DNA from: Callorhinchus milii
Taxonomy: Eukaryota
Assembly (NCBI RefSeq): GCF_018977255.1
Contig: NW_024704743.1
Coordinates: 86,492,001-86,556,000, forward strand
Direction: 5' to 3'
Length of the DNA stretch: 64,000 nucleotides
The notes under the pieces are model-generated. The model made no database searches. It had not been told where the DNA came from and worked only from the letters and a program-made list of their open reading frames with translations. Shown piece by piece: positions 51,922 to 64,000 of this stretch. Position 1 is the stretch's first letter, and each line of letters begins with the position of its first letter. A program made the position numbers and the translations under genes.

Positions 51922-52240
51922 GGAGTCCTGTAGCTCAGTGGCTAGAGCACTCGCTTTGCAAGTGAGAGACCTGAGTTCAATTCCAGGCAGAGGGCGAAAC
52001 CTTGGGCAAGTTTCCTTACTCCACACAGAGCCTAATAATAATCCCTCCAAAGCAAAACAATAATAAATTGGTCATTTTCAATCCACGACTGTTTGTGGGA
52101 CATTGCTGTGCGCAATTGGCTGCTGCGTTTCGCCCGCAAATATACGGTCAATTCACTTTACAATCTATTCTGTGAAGCACTTTGAGACGTCGAGAAGACG
52201 TGAAAAGCGCTATATCAAATGCAAGGATTATTATTATTAT
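51922..52240 (+). mobile_element. Young tRNA-derived SINE (short form), full length
   Basis: A and B boxes, (ATT)n tail, and TAAGGT at 51916-51921 and 52240-52245. Confidence 0.94.
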
Positions 52241-52276
52241 AAGGTATTATACAATAAACATATGCAGAATTATTCA

Positions 52277-52660
52277 CCTTCAAGGCCCTCCATGGCCTTG
52301 CCTGCTCCTACTTCTCCAATCTGCTAACCCCTTATCATCTTGTCCGTTCCCTCCGCTCAGCGCTCCATGTCCCCATTACGGCCTGCCCCACCATCAGCGG
52401 TCAGGCCTTCAGCTTCTCTGCCCCTGACCCTCTGGAACTCCATCCCACATTCCCTTCGCCTCGCTCCCTCCCTTGCTTCCTTGAAGGCATGTCTCAAGAC
52501 GCTCCTCTTCGTCCGTGCCTTCGGCCACCCTCCTACACTCTATGCTCTTCACCCTACCTGATCCCAACCCCCTCACTCGGGTTCTAATCCCTGATTGTTC
52601 AACGTCTTGGGACATCCTGCCAACATGAAAGGAGCTTTACAAATGTAATTTTGTATTGTA
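52277..52660 (+). mobile_element. L2 3' fragment
   Basis: Homologous to 2580-2975 and 55715-56135. Confidence 0.87.
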
Positions 52661-53461
52661 CTTACTAACAAAATAAGTCAATGCAAATGGTACAGGGAAC
52701 ATTATATATTTTAGCTTTCCAATCCTATCATCAGTCTCTTTGCATACTTCTTTAGCATGGATTTCAATAACTTAAAAGTTCAAAGTACTGATGAATTATT
52801 CACAAATATACAGAAGATATTTGCAACAGGTGTTGATGGAGAGTGGTTCAAGTTATCCTGTCGACTAACTGTCAAAGTTGGAATATTCTTGCACATGGCT
52901 TCAGAATTCCTTGTTTAAGAAATCCGATAAACCTGCATAACTTTACTTCTTTTGACTAACTGTGGATTGAAATGCTGACTATGATATCCTTCATTAACTA
53001 TAATCTCTACCTCAAATCAACACATTTGATTCTATACTAACTGTTGGAATGATAACATTTACACTGCTATTTACATTCTGAATAGAATACTCCCTTCAGT
53101 CAGGGCCACCTCACATTTGTGTACCCTAAACTCCACATGTACTGCGGACATACCCCCCAAACCTCATTGTTTCCTGCAGACAGACTCTGACATAACACAG
53201 AAGGGTGTGACTTTCACTGCTGTTTCCTCGCACACTCCAGGGAGCTCCTTATATCAACCATCTGTATCCACAGCTGGTGGATCAACTGGTCAGATAATAA
53301 TATTGATACTCCCAAAGCTGATGTTGAAAAGACTAAGTAGTCCTCTGAGGTACTTTCCTGCGCCAAACTTTTTCCAGTGGCTAATTTGTTTGGTTTAATA
53401 TGCCAGAAAACATGCAGCTATTTCTGATAGGGCTCAAAGTTAAAAATTCGGATACAAAGGG

Positions 53462-54731
53462 ATCAAGACTCTTTAGTTAGGAATTGGGTCAACTTCACAA
53501 CATTGCTTCATAAGATATGTTTAAGAAATCCAAGAGTAGGTCCCTTCTTATAACTGGAAGCATGTAATGCAAACTCGAGGGAACATTGCCTTGAAAACAG
53601 ATAGAGTTGGAATATTTTTGCACATAGAGAGATCATGGCTTTAGGATTTCTTATTTAAGAAATTTGGTAAATCTTCATAACTGTACTTTTGATGTAATGA
53701 TTGACTATTTTCGTTCCTTATATTGTTTTTTTTCTGTACTATAAAGGATTTCAACTCCAAACTTGGTTAGTTCAGTGGATTTTTTTAATATTAAGATGGA
53801 CAAAGAGCCAATACTCAGAATGCATAGCACAATCATGCTTTAAAAGACGAGCAAGCAGAAAATGAAGTGGTTAGTTCAAAAAGCCTGCATATTATATGGG
53901 AAAAGTAAAACAAAGGCAAGCGAATAACTCCACAACTTGGAATCACAGGAACAACTGAGTTACGAGTCTGAGGCAGTTTTGATTTCAACACATTGAGGTT
54001 GAAAGGAAGAGTAAGACTATGTGAGATGACGTGTTTAGAGTTTGGAAGGAACAAGAAAAGAAGGTTCGAAGGATCAATGATCATGCCAGTATTGGTAAAA
54101 TAGTAAGAAACAGAAAAGGTTTTGATGGAAGGAAAGAGGATGGAGGCCGGCGGTGAGGGAAAAAGGTCTATCAGACAAATCACCTTTTCTTGTACTGATT
54201 TGTGGAATACAAGTTAGAAATGTTTCTCCATATGCAACACCAGCATTCATGCCTGGGGGATTTTTTTCTTTACAGAAAGTTAAGAGTTGGTGAATGGAAA
54301 ATAAATACTTGGCAAAAAAGAGGAAACTAAACTGCTTTGAGACTGCTTTAGAACAGAGGAGATATGAAAGTTCAACTTGAGGTCAGAGTTCCTGTAAGGT
54401 CCAGAGTATCAGTAGAAGATAGGATTAAAAGTAGCCCAATGAAAGAAAAGAGGTGATAGCTGTCAGAGACAGGAATGGAAATCAGGACTCTTTAGTTAGG
54501 AATTCGGTCAACTTCACAACATATTATTATTATTATTATTTCTTCATAAGATATGTTTAAGAAATCCAAGTGTAGGTCCCATCCTATAACTGGAAGCATG
54601 TAGTGCAAACTCAAGAGAACAGTACCTTGAAAACAGATACTTGTACATAGAGATCATGGCTTCCTGAAGCCATGATCTCTATGTGCAAGAATATTCCAAC
54701 TCTATCTATTTTCAAGACAATGTTCCCTCGA
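53462..54731. repeat. Local duplication (53462-53641 copied at 54481-54662) with an adjacent inverted partial copy (54666-54731)
   Basis: Direct alignment by eye; 24-bp arms at 54640-54663 and 54666-54689 with one mismatch and a 2-nt loop. Confidence 0.9.
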
Positions 54732-55631
54732 TCTTTGGGAACTCATCGAGAGTCATAGGGTAGATCTGACGGCATCTTGGATTTTACATATTTTCTGAAC
54801 CAGATCTTTAGCTGAGTTGCAAAATTCATTCTCATACCAGTCCTAAAATGTTATTTCATAATCGAAGATCAGGAGACATATGGAAGAGAGGGACTTGGAG
54901 GGGTATGGGCATAAGACTGGGCCATAGGATTGAATTAATCTCTTTGGTCTGTGAGTTGGTGGAGACTTGATGGGCCGAATGTCCACCCTCTGCACTGTAG
55001 ATATCTATGTTACTATGACTTCTGGCTTAGCAGAATTGAATTAAATCACCCTTCAAATTGAAACTCAATTGGAGAGATTTCCATAGTTCCATAGTTCTAC
55101 TCAATCTTAAACTTCAAGACTAAATTGTTTTACAGGCTATGCCTATGTGGAATTTCGGGCCTTTAACATTCGTAATCTTTGTCATAAAATTTGAGCTCCA
55201 GATTACAGCAAAGCACCTATATCAAACAGCATTAGATTGGATTCATCATATCTGAGTGCCTCGCAGCTGTTCCAGGTTTTCTCAATAACAGGATATATAC
55301 CTTAAAATGCTTGCTATTTATTACCTTCCTCAATACTTTTGTGATAAAATTAATTATATTTCAAAGACAGAAATCATTTTTGTAGCTACATTTTGAAAAA
55401 AGCAATGAAATTCTCTCAGAATAAAGTGTTGGTGGAGATGACAACATTTCACTTTGCTGAGGCTGTCACTTTATTTAGAGTGGTTTAGCGAGTGGAGAGA
55501 TACAATCCCGAAACGGATTACATGTAGTCACAAAGAGTTTGCAACCCAGAGACCATTTCCTGCACTCAAATTAAACTTCCTACATGTTCTTCAAGGTTGT
55601 GAGTTTGCTTAAATATCCCGCACCAGGCTTT

Positions 55632-56135
55632 GCGACCACATCATTCCCACTCTCGCTCGCCTCCACTGGCTCCCCATCCCCCAGAGGATCGAATTCAAGA
55701 TCCTCATCCTCACCTACAAGGCCATTCACGGCCTTGCTCCCTCCTACGTCTCCGACCTACTATCCCCCTACCTACCTGCCCGTACCCTCTGTTCCTCTGG
55801 CTCCGGTCTGCTCCACATCCCCTGCCCCAACCGCCCTACCATTGGTGGCCGGGCCTTCAGCCTCTCAGCCCCTAGGCTCTGGAACTCTATCCCCCAGTGC
55901 CTTCGCCTTGCTTCCTCCCTTTCCTCCTTCAAGGCCGGTCTCAAGACCTTTCTCTTTGACCGTGCCTTCAGCTCCCCTCTTGGCTCTCTACCCCCTCCTC
56001 GCTCCCTCCCTTCCCTCCCTCCCCTCACCCTGACCATTTCCCCCCTGCTCGGGTCCTGACCCAACTGTACAGCGCCTTGGGACGTCCTCCCAACGTGAAA
56101 GGGGCTCTCTTAATGGAATCTTGTTGTTGTTGTTG
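55632..56135 (+). mobile_element. Young L2 3' portion
   Basis: Reads LARLHWLPIPQRIEFKILILTYKAIHG; C-rich 3' UTR; (TTG)n tail. Confidence 0.93.
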
Positions 56136-58546
56136 CTTGTTTGTGATAACTACTGGTCACCCCCCACCCCCTTTCTTGTAATCCCTTAATCTCCTATTCT
56201 AGAACTGGAATAAAGAATTATAAAACTAATGCAAACTGTTGTTGAGTATTGCATAGTCCATTAATTTTTTCTAGTCTGAAACACGACTGAACTGACACTG
56301 TCCAAAGGAAGCATAGGAGCACTTTTGAAACAGGGATCACAAGAGATAGCACTCATTTTATTTTATACTCTATAACAGTAGAATGCCATGGCACCGCAAA
56401 TTTGTCCACATATATTGGAGGATTAACAGCTATCATAGATGCCCTGGAATATGTTGGAATGTTATCAATCCTACTTTATTGGAATGGGATTTTGCGCTGT
56501 TCTTTCCACCCATAGATGAATAACTCAGATACTCTCTGACAGCTGCTCACTCAGTTACTAAATCTACTTTGGGAGAAGCGTTAGTCAATGAGTCCATATC
56601 TTTGGGATGATAACTTTTATCAGTAGCAATTTACAGGTTTAGAGCTAGCCACATAAATATTACCCTTGGATGGGTGTCTGGTCACATTCTCAAAGCTAAA
56701 TTCAGCAGCTCACTTGGAAACCTGTGCAAGAAAATCGCAAGAATCTGCATGAATATTATAGGAAGAAAGGAACTTGATTTTGGTAATGTTTTATATAACA
56801 AAATGTCTCAAAGAAATTTATAGTAACAATGGTCTAGTATAGTGACTTTTTTTGAAGGCCAACATAGAAGACATTTTGCATACAGCATGTTGTTGGCCAA
56901 GACACTTGGAGAAATGTCTGTCTCTTTTGGAATAGTGTCATGGGATATTTAGCATCCACCTGAACAGGCTTGAGGAGCTGAATGACCTACTCCTGTTTCT
57001 ATGTTCCCATGGTATCCTAGCGAAGGGTCTCTGTATTCCTTGCCAGGCTCTTGGACTACCTGTGTTCTCCAGCAGTCTGGTAGGGTATGCGTATTAACTT
57101 GCAGTCCACGGATGACAATGAAGTTGATGACATACAATCCAGGGGTTATTATGGTGGGTAAAGGTTTAAAATGTGTTGCCAGTCTAGTGAGAAAGAGCTA
57201 TATTGACTGGTGTTCTCTTCCAGGGAGAGAAGGAGCTCTGTTATATACCAATACTCCAGTGGGGAAAGTGGGCAGTATTCATTGATAAAAACAAATGATC
57301 CTTGAATCTCGAAAGGCCCCTATTACATTGGAACATCTCAAACTGCTTCATAGTGTAGTGATTATGTATGTATAGCTGAAAGCAATGTCAATTTATAACA
57401 TAAAAATGCACCACAAACAGTAACAGAACAATATAAATTTATAATAATACTTAAATTGAAAATTTATAACATAGAAGGCCATTATGTTTGTGGTGTCTCT
57501 TTTAAGGAGAAATCCTTTGAGTCCCATTTGCCTGCCCTTTCCCCCATACCCCTATAACTTACTCATTTTTAGATATGTAGCTTTTGAAAGCTAATATGGA
57601 TTCTGTCTGAAGCACTGCTCTCAGCAGGGCATTACACATCCTAATCATGAAGTGAGTGACACATTTTATCTGGGCGATTATTGGCCAACACTGGCCAGTG
57701 AAAATCCCTCTCTTATCAAATAGTGTCACAAGATAGTTAACATCTGCCTGAAAAGGCAGTCAGACCCTTTAACATCTCATCAAATGGATGGCATCTTCAA
57801 CAATGCAAGACTCCTTCAACACTCGATTGGAATATCAGTTGAGACAATAAACTCCAAGACCCAAAGTGGGTCTTCAACCCACTGAGTTGGAGGGAAGTGC
57901 GCTACCAACTGAGCCAATTTGACAACGAAATAATGTTCACCAGTTTGTGGCAGGCAAGTGGAGGGGTGAGTAGCAGGTGTCTAATGGAAGCATTGTAGCA
58001 ATGTTATTAACTTGGTGCCAGCTGCAGACTTTGCAAAGACCTGAACTGAGGATCTGCGATGAATCCAATCATTCACAGCCAAGAAATAACCAGCCTGCAC
58101 ATAGTCACATAGAGTAACGGTTAGTAAAACAATGAGTCACTAATTGATTCCACACGTACGCAAATCACAGTTTGATGGTTGACCAACACTGAACATTAAC
58201 GTTTTGCTCATTGTCCAATAATAATACACTGATGGAAAGCATGATACTCACAGCTTTTGACAGATCCATTGACCAGAAGTCATAGGTCTGCCTGTGCAGC
58301 ATCAAATGAATAGGTACAAACCCTCATGATCATTTCATATCAAAGTCTACAGTTTCACACCACACGATACTGAGATTTTATAATTTTACAGACAGCAAAA
58401 CAACAAACTGCAGTTGTTCTTGTCACCGCAATGCAGATGCTCAATGCATTGTTTGTAGAATTACTGCTTTCTTCATTTTTTTGAAGAAATCAGGAGCCTG
58501 ACACATACAGAAACCCATCCCCAAGATTCTCCACACCAAATTGTAA

Positions 58547-58838
58547 ATGGAATTTTCCCTATGTTTGAATGGAATGCACCCTCTCTCCCTTTAAAGACAC
58601 ACCCTGCTTATCTAATTCTGGAGAGTATTAGTTACAGATTGACAAGACCCAAGGCTTGGGGTCTCCAGTGTGTGTGTTGGGGTATTGCCGGATCTTAACA
58701 AGCTAAAATCACATAGCTTGCCATTGAAAGCATTGGCTGGCAATCTTCCCATTGCTTATTCATTAGGGTTTTGGCTTGCACAGTTAACAGGAGCTGAGTG
58801 GCAAGAACCCCTGCTTTCAGTAACCTGTCTGTCCCTCC
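58547..58838 (+). repeat. Unclassified dispersed repeat, copy 2
   Basis: Homologous to 37160-37420. Confidence 0.75.
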
Positions 58839-59254
58839 AATCCTGCTGATGAGCCAGGTTGGCTGGTCTGTCATCAGAATTGCCGGGGAGTACTGAGGAC
58901 CTGGCTGGCTTAGGAACTGGATGACTGAGACCACTACCGAGGGTTGACTTGACTCCGACATTCCATTGCTGAGCATGTCACCTTAGAGCCAGTTCGGCTC
59001 CGAGGGGATCCCATGTTTCCCTCATCTGGAATAAAGTTAATTATTCAGTGACTTTGATCAATCAGACTTGTTCTAACTAACATGTAACCATGGGAATGAT
59101 TTGTGAAGGGTTCCACAGGGATATTCCAGGGTACTTTTTTTTATAGATGCAGACAGCCTTGGCTACATTTTTGTGGTTTAGTTATTTTGTGATGTTTGGT
59201 CATTGAAGCTGCATGAACTTGGAGCAGTGCTGCTCTGGGACTTTTGAAGTGAGA

Positions 59255-59400
59255 GGACTATGTGACTGTGGGGATGTGTGACTGACTGTGGGGGACTTAC
59301 AACTGACTGTTAAGGACGTGCGATTGACCTTGGGGGAGATGAGTCTGACTGTGGGGCCCATCAGTTTGACTGTGGGGGCATGTGCCTGACTGTGGGAAAC
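59255..59400. repeat. Degenerate minisatellite, 21-22-bp unit (tgactgtggggga...), about 7 copies
   Basis: Recurrent tgactgtggg at 21-22-bp spacing. Confidence 0.8.
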
Positions 59401-60029
59401 ATGGGGAATTTCTTCAGTTCTTATTAACCTTCAAATAATCACTTGTACCCCAGTGTGAGGCAGCTCCTGCAGGAGAGGATAAACCTGTTAACCTGCTCCA
59501 TCTCATCATGAAGCAATATAAATATCACACTCATGTTACTGTCACTGAAAATAGCACATGTATGAACTACCTCAACAAAAATGCAACATGTGTTTGTAAA
59601 TACTTCAACTCTCATTGCTTCAAGGTGAGAAAATATCATTGTGACAGTGTACAAAAAAAGCAAAGCCAAAACCTAAATAATTTCTGCTAAAACTATATTT
59701 GATATAGTTTAATGCTACAAGTTTTGCACCATGTATTCTTGGAATCATAGAAATGATGGCATTGGAGGAGGCAATTAATTCTATGTAAATGGTAGGTCTT
59801 TCACTGGAGATATCTATTCCACTCTTTTCCTGCAGCCTGTTATATTGTTTCTCCTCAAATGTTTATCCAGTTCTCTTCAAAAGGGTTATTACAGTCTTAG
59901 CTTCAATAGCCACTAGCAGCAAAGTGTTCCATACTCCGTTAATCCGCTGTATGAAAATGTTTATTTTAATCTCTTCCAGAGGGAATCCTGAGCATAGAGC
60001 TTTTTGTTACCAATTCTCCAAAGCAGCAG

Positions 60030-60436
60030 GAATAAAAATACTTGAATATGATATAACACCTTATCAAGTCTTCAAGATGTCTCAATATGCAACACAGGAT
60101 GTTACTGTAGAGTTTAATGAATGCACTTTTTCCCAGGCAAACGCGGCAGCCAATGTGTGCACAGCAATATACCCCCAACAAGCCATGAAGTGAATGATCA
60201 ATTTTATTGGGAGAATTGTTGGCACCGTAACAGGAGAAACTGCCTTCTTGTATTAAATAATGTCATTGGATCTTCAGCATTCACCTGAACAGTTGGGGTC
60301 TTGGTTTAGCATCTCATTCAAAGACTGGCACCTCTGACAATGCAGCACACCCACTAGCACCACACGAAAGTGTCAACCTAGATTATGAGCTCAAAGGGCT
60401 TGAAGCAATAATCTTCTGAATGCTACCAACTGAGCC
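60030..60436 (-). mobile_element. Old SINE, Deu-domain-like family
   Basis: Reverse complement of the 39574 element (tctcattcaaagactggcacctctgacaatgcagca...accaactgagcc). Confidence 0.75.
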
Positions 60437-61454
60437 TGTCTATCTCTGTCACAATCTATCTTCTCAAAACCTTTCAATAATGTTTAGATCCCCCTATCCT
60501 TTATTCTTATTTTATAAAATATCAAGCCAGTAGCCTTGCTTGCTGGCACTATAAAATAAACTGACATTATACAGTACTATTAAAATATTTCTGCTATTCA
60601 TAGATACATGGGAAAAATTCTCCTTAACACCATCTGAATAATGCAACATGTGGCCTGGCTCCCTGTAGGACACATGTTGAATATTCACTGGGAATCATGA
60701 ACTGCCATTATATATTCCCATGAGCAAGGGTCAACCAATAACTCATGGAGGGCAAAGCCACGAATAAGCTATACGGTTCTCTTCACAACTGAGAATATAA
60801 ACAATATTTCATGATTTCTGCATGAGATCAACTTTCTTTTTACAACTCACATAAAACCATTGCTTGCTGACAAATTGATTGATACTTTTGCTGAATTTCT
60901 AAGCTTTATTTTATGTACATTCACTAGATATACTATATTCACCAAATAACAGAAATTTAATTTTTCACAGGAATGAAGTTCTTACCCCACCCCCAACACA
61001 CAATATTCTCCCCTTCTATGATGCTACTGTGTAGCTCCACAGGTGCTGGACTGCCTCTGGTAGGTCGTCCAGTGACCATTCGTCATGTGAGAGCTCAATG
61101 CTCGACCGTAGGCAGGACATTAAAACATGTCGTCAGGGATGGGGAATGTAAATCATACCCGAGTGCCACCCTGTCCTCACCAAGAACCACACCTACATGG
61201 ACTTTCCAGCAAGGGTTACTGAATAGTGATCACAAACAGGAACTCTGGCTAATTTGTTCTGCTCCCTTGTCCAGGAGTCAATATGTTGTCGAGCTGCAAC
61301 AGGTTGTCTCCAGAGCCCTCTTGCTGCTCCGGTAAGAATGATAAATAAGTCAAAGGTCAAACAGGTGAGGGGAAAGGGGAGAAAACCGCAGTTAGAAAAT
61401 TGGTAAGAGAACTAAAAGTAAAACCATTTCAGGACAATATATGTTGCCCCATTA

Positions 61455-61770
61455 GGAGTCCTGTAGCTCAGTGGTTAGAGCACTCGCTTTGCAAGTGAGA
61501 GACCTGAGTTCAATTCCAGGCAGGGCGAAACCTTGGGCAAGTTTCCTTACTCCACACGCCTAATAATAATCCCTCCAAAACCAAAGACAATAATAAATTG
61601 GTCATTTTCAATCTACGACTGTTTGTAGGACATTGCTGTGCGCAATTGGCTGCCGCGTTCGCCCACAAATATACAGTCAATTCACTTTACAGTGTGTTCT
61701 GTGAAGTGCTTTGGAACGTCCTCCTGACGTGAAAAGCGCTATATCAAATGCAAGGATTATTATTATTATT
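61455..61770 (+). mobile_element. Young tRNA-derived SINE (short form), full length
   Basis: Near-identical to the reverse complement of 4660-4987. Confidence 0.95.
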
Positions 61771-61889
61771 TTGATTGGTAATATATTAAATCAAATCACA
61801 GTTGTGATTATTTTATTAACTTAAAAAAAATACAATTTAATAGTAGAATTTTCCAACACCCCCATTCCACCCCCACCTCCTGAGGTCTC

Positions 61890-62252
61890 TGAGATACTGA
61901 GATCACACTCTTAGGCAAATATACCAGTGCAGTGATGGGTGAGTGCTGCATTATTGGAGATGCTAGTCTTCCGATGAGACATTAAACTAAACTCCCGTCT
62001 TCTTTTCAGATGAGGGTTAAGATAAGTGACTACTTAAAGGGGGTTTCTCCTAGTGTCATGGCCAACATTACCCCAGATAAAATACACCATTCACTTCATG
62101 ACTATTTGTGGCACATTGCTGTGCTTAAATTGGCTGCTAAGTTCACTTATAAAATACATAGTCAGAACATTTCTGTGTAAATCCTGCAAAGCGATTTGAA
62201 TTGTCGCATGATGTGAATGGTGCTACATCAAATGCTGTCAATACTATTATTA
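61890..62252 (+). mobile_element. Old SINE, Deu-domain-like family
   Basis: Core tcttccgatgagacattaaac...tgtcatggccaacatt and a degenerate tail. Confidence 0.7.
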
Positions 62253-64000
62253 TAAAAGAATACCAAGATTAATGAATTATTGTTCAGACCTGTAATTTTC
62301 AACGTTTTCTTTTATCTGCTATTACTGCATTGTAAAATATCTGGATACGTCCTGATGGTTTTCTGATTTGTTCTGAATTTAGTTTGGCAGATTCTGAATT
62401 TAATTGTAAAGCCACTTTTCTATAGATTCTTTTAAGACCTTTCTGTTTGACTGCGCTTTTGGTCACCTTTCCTCCCCTCCTTCCTCAGCTCCCTCTACCT
62501 GAGCTCTGGTTCACATACAGCTCTGTAAAACACTTTGAGACATCATCCTGACATGAAAGGTGCTATATAAATCTAAAAGTTGTGTTCTTTTAAAAACAAA
62601 GTCCTGAGTGCTAGATGAATATGTTATGAATAACAGGTGGACAACCTAGATCTCTTCATTCTTGAGAAATATCTCAGAAGGGACCTTTTAGAGTATATAA
62701 AATTTTAAATGGGATTGAAAAAGAAAGTGTTGCAGTTTATTCCCACATCCACTCACTGGTTCCTTGCCTATTCCAAGAAACAAACTAAACAGTCTTTATT
62801 CAGTACAAAAATACAGTAGGAACCTCTCATAAGACGCCTCCTTATAAAATATTTATAAGGCTAGTCTCAGTGTGCAGTAAAAATGTTTGACTATATGGTT
62901 GCCAGGTCTTCACTGACTTCACTTCCTGTGAGCTCTGGAAATGCTAGCAAATAATGCGGGAAGTGATGTTGACAACAATCTGATGACCTGGATGTCAGCT
63001 ATATTTTGGCGCGGGAGCTGGCACACGTGCGCAGCATGCAGGATGTGGCTTTCAGTGGCCACCACATTTCAGGAAAAGCTATTTTAGTCACGATTTTTGT
63101 GGCCATTCGCAATGCACAGGAAGTACTATCGCAGCATCTATATTGCTGTGCGTTCCATTATAACACAATATTTGGGTTATGGACCAGAAACATGGATTGC
63201 AATGGGGTTCTCTGTAATTTCAGTGCCTTGAGACATCCTCCCAATGTGAAAGGTGTTATACAAATGTAATTTTGTATTGTATTTTATCATAAACACAAGC
63301 CGATTCTCTGTAAAAATGAGTCTGTACATTAAATCCTGTATTATCTTATAGCATTGGTTTGAAGATTTAATCCAAAACACATGAAAACAAGACTAGAAAA
63401 TGTTCTTAATTCAGGATGAGCGTTTTTTTTCAAAACTCCAGTATAGAAACCCAGATTATAAATGTGAAAAAAAAGTTAAGATTCTATTCTAAAACCATTA
63501 CTTGTTCTAGTATGTTTCTAAACTTCCAAGATAATGCATCTACATCCCTTCCCTAGCTTCTATTTTATTACAGTGGCAGGGATACAGGCGTCTCCACTAG
63601 ACCTGAATCTGATCTGGGATCAGAGATTGTGCCCTCCAGACTGCTGCGAAAAATGCATAAGAGACTGCCAGACATGTTTTCCTCCCCCTCTCCCTGCATA
63701 CATATCCAAGTTATGAACATCAAGGACATGTCAGCAGTAAGATTTGTGACCAGAAAACGTGACACAAAGTGCAAATCTATTAAGTAGAGAGAACAGCCTT
63801 TCATTTTCAGGGTGGCATAGATCAACATACATTGCATTTTGGTTTGAAGAGATCATCACTCACAGTGTGTATATGCAGACGTGCACACAAAAATATGCAC
63901 ACATATAATTACATAGAGCCAAACACACACATACATGCACTCAGGACTCAGAATTAAAAGAGTCTTCTCAACAAACACAACAACTTGCATTTATACAGTG

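Noticed and set aside
53880..54200. Purine-rich tract possibly derived from a very old minus-strand L2
   Set aside because: The resemblance (NTGMIIDPSNLLF) is too weak to call without an HMM search.
58982..59026. Minus-strand segment DEGNMGSPRSRTGSK, superficially collagen-like
   Set aside because: Gly-X-Y periodicity breaks after two triplets, the donor is weak and there are no other collagen exons.
59255..59400. Regularly spaced repeats resembling a CRISPR array
   Set aside because: Degenerate tandem minisatellite without unique spacers, no cas genes, vertebrate context.
61455..61530. tRNA-like sequences with A and B boxes (also 34720, 47932, 51922)
   Set aside because: They are SINE heads that continue into SINE body and tail; not tRNA genes.

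Overview
This is vertebrate genomic DNA: AT-rich, CpG-poor, and apparently intergenic or deep intronic. The repeat content (CR1 and L2 LINEs, a young tRNA-derived SINE with an (ATT)n tail, older Deu-domain-like SINEs) points to a cartilaginous fish, possibly a chimaera; the taxonomy is inference. I recognise no intact host protein-coding gene, rRNA, true tRNA or CRISPR array. Nearly all ORFs in the track are broken LINE fragments, their antisense frames, or chance ORFs. The main elements are a CR1 3' half (1-1786), a near full-length but decayed CR1 (about 30830-34185) preceded by a second CR1 ORF1 fragment, over a dozen L2 fragments, eight copies of the young SINE, many old SINE copies, an RTE-like remnant, a Penelope-type remnant with a decayed hammerhead core, and several MITE-like palindromes. 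The most notable observations are: a 3' stem-loop shared by SINE and L2 with a compensatory base change; local templated rearrangements (49193/49786, 53462/54481 with a fold-back, 6205/6775); target-site duplications overlapping tail repeats; an unclassified dispersed repeat; and a possible spliced minus-strand transcript. I found no convincing evidence of a new multi-gene biological system. Boundaries of old repeats are approximate, and identities are estimated by eye.
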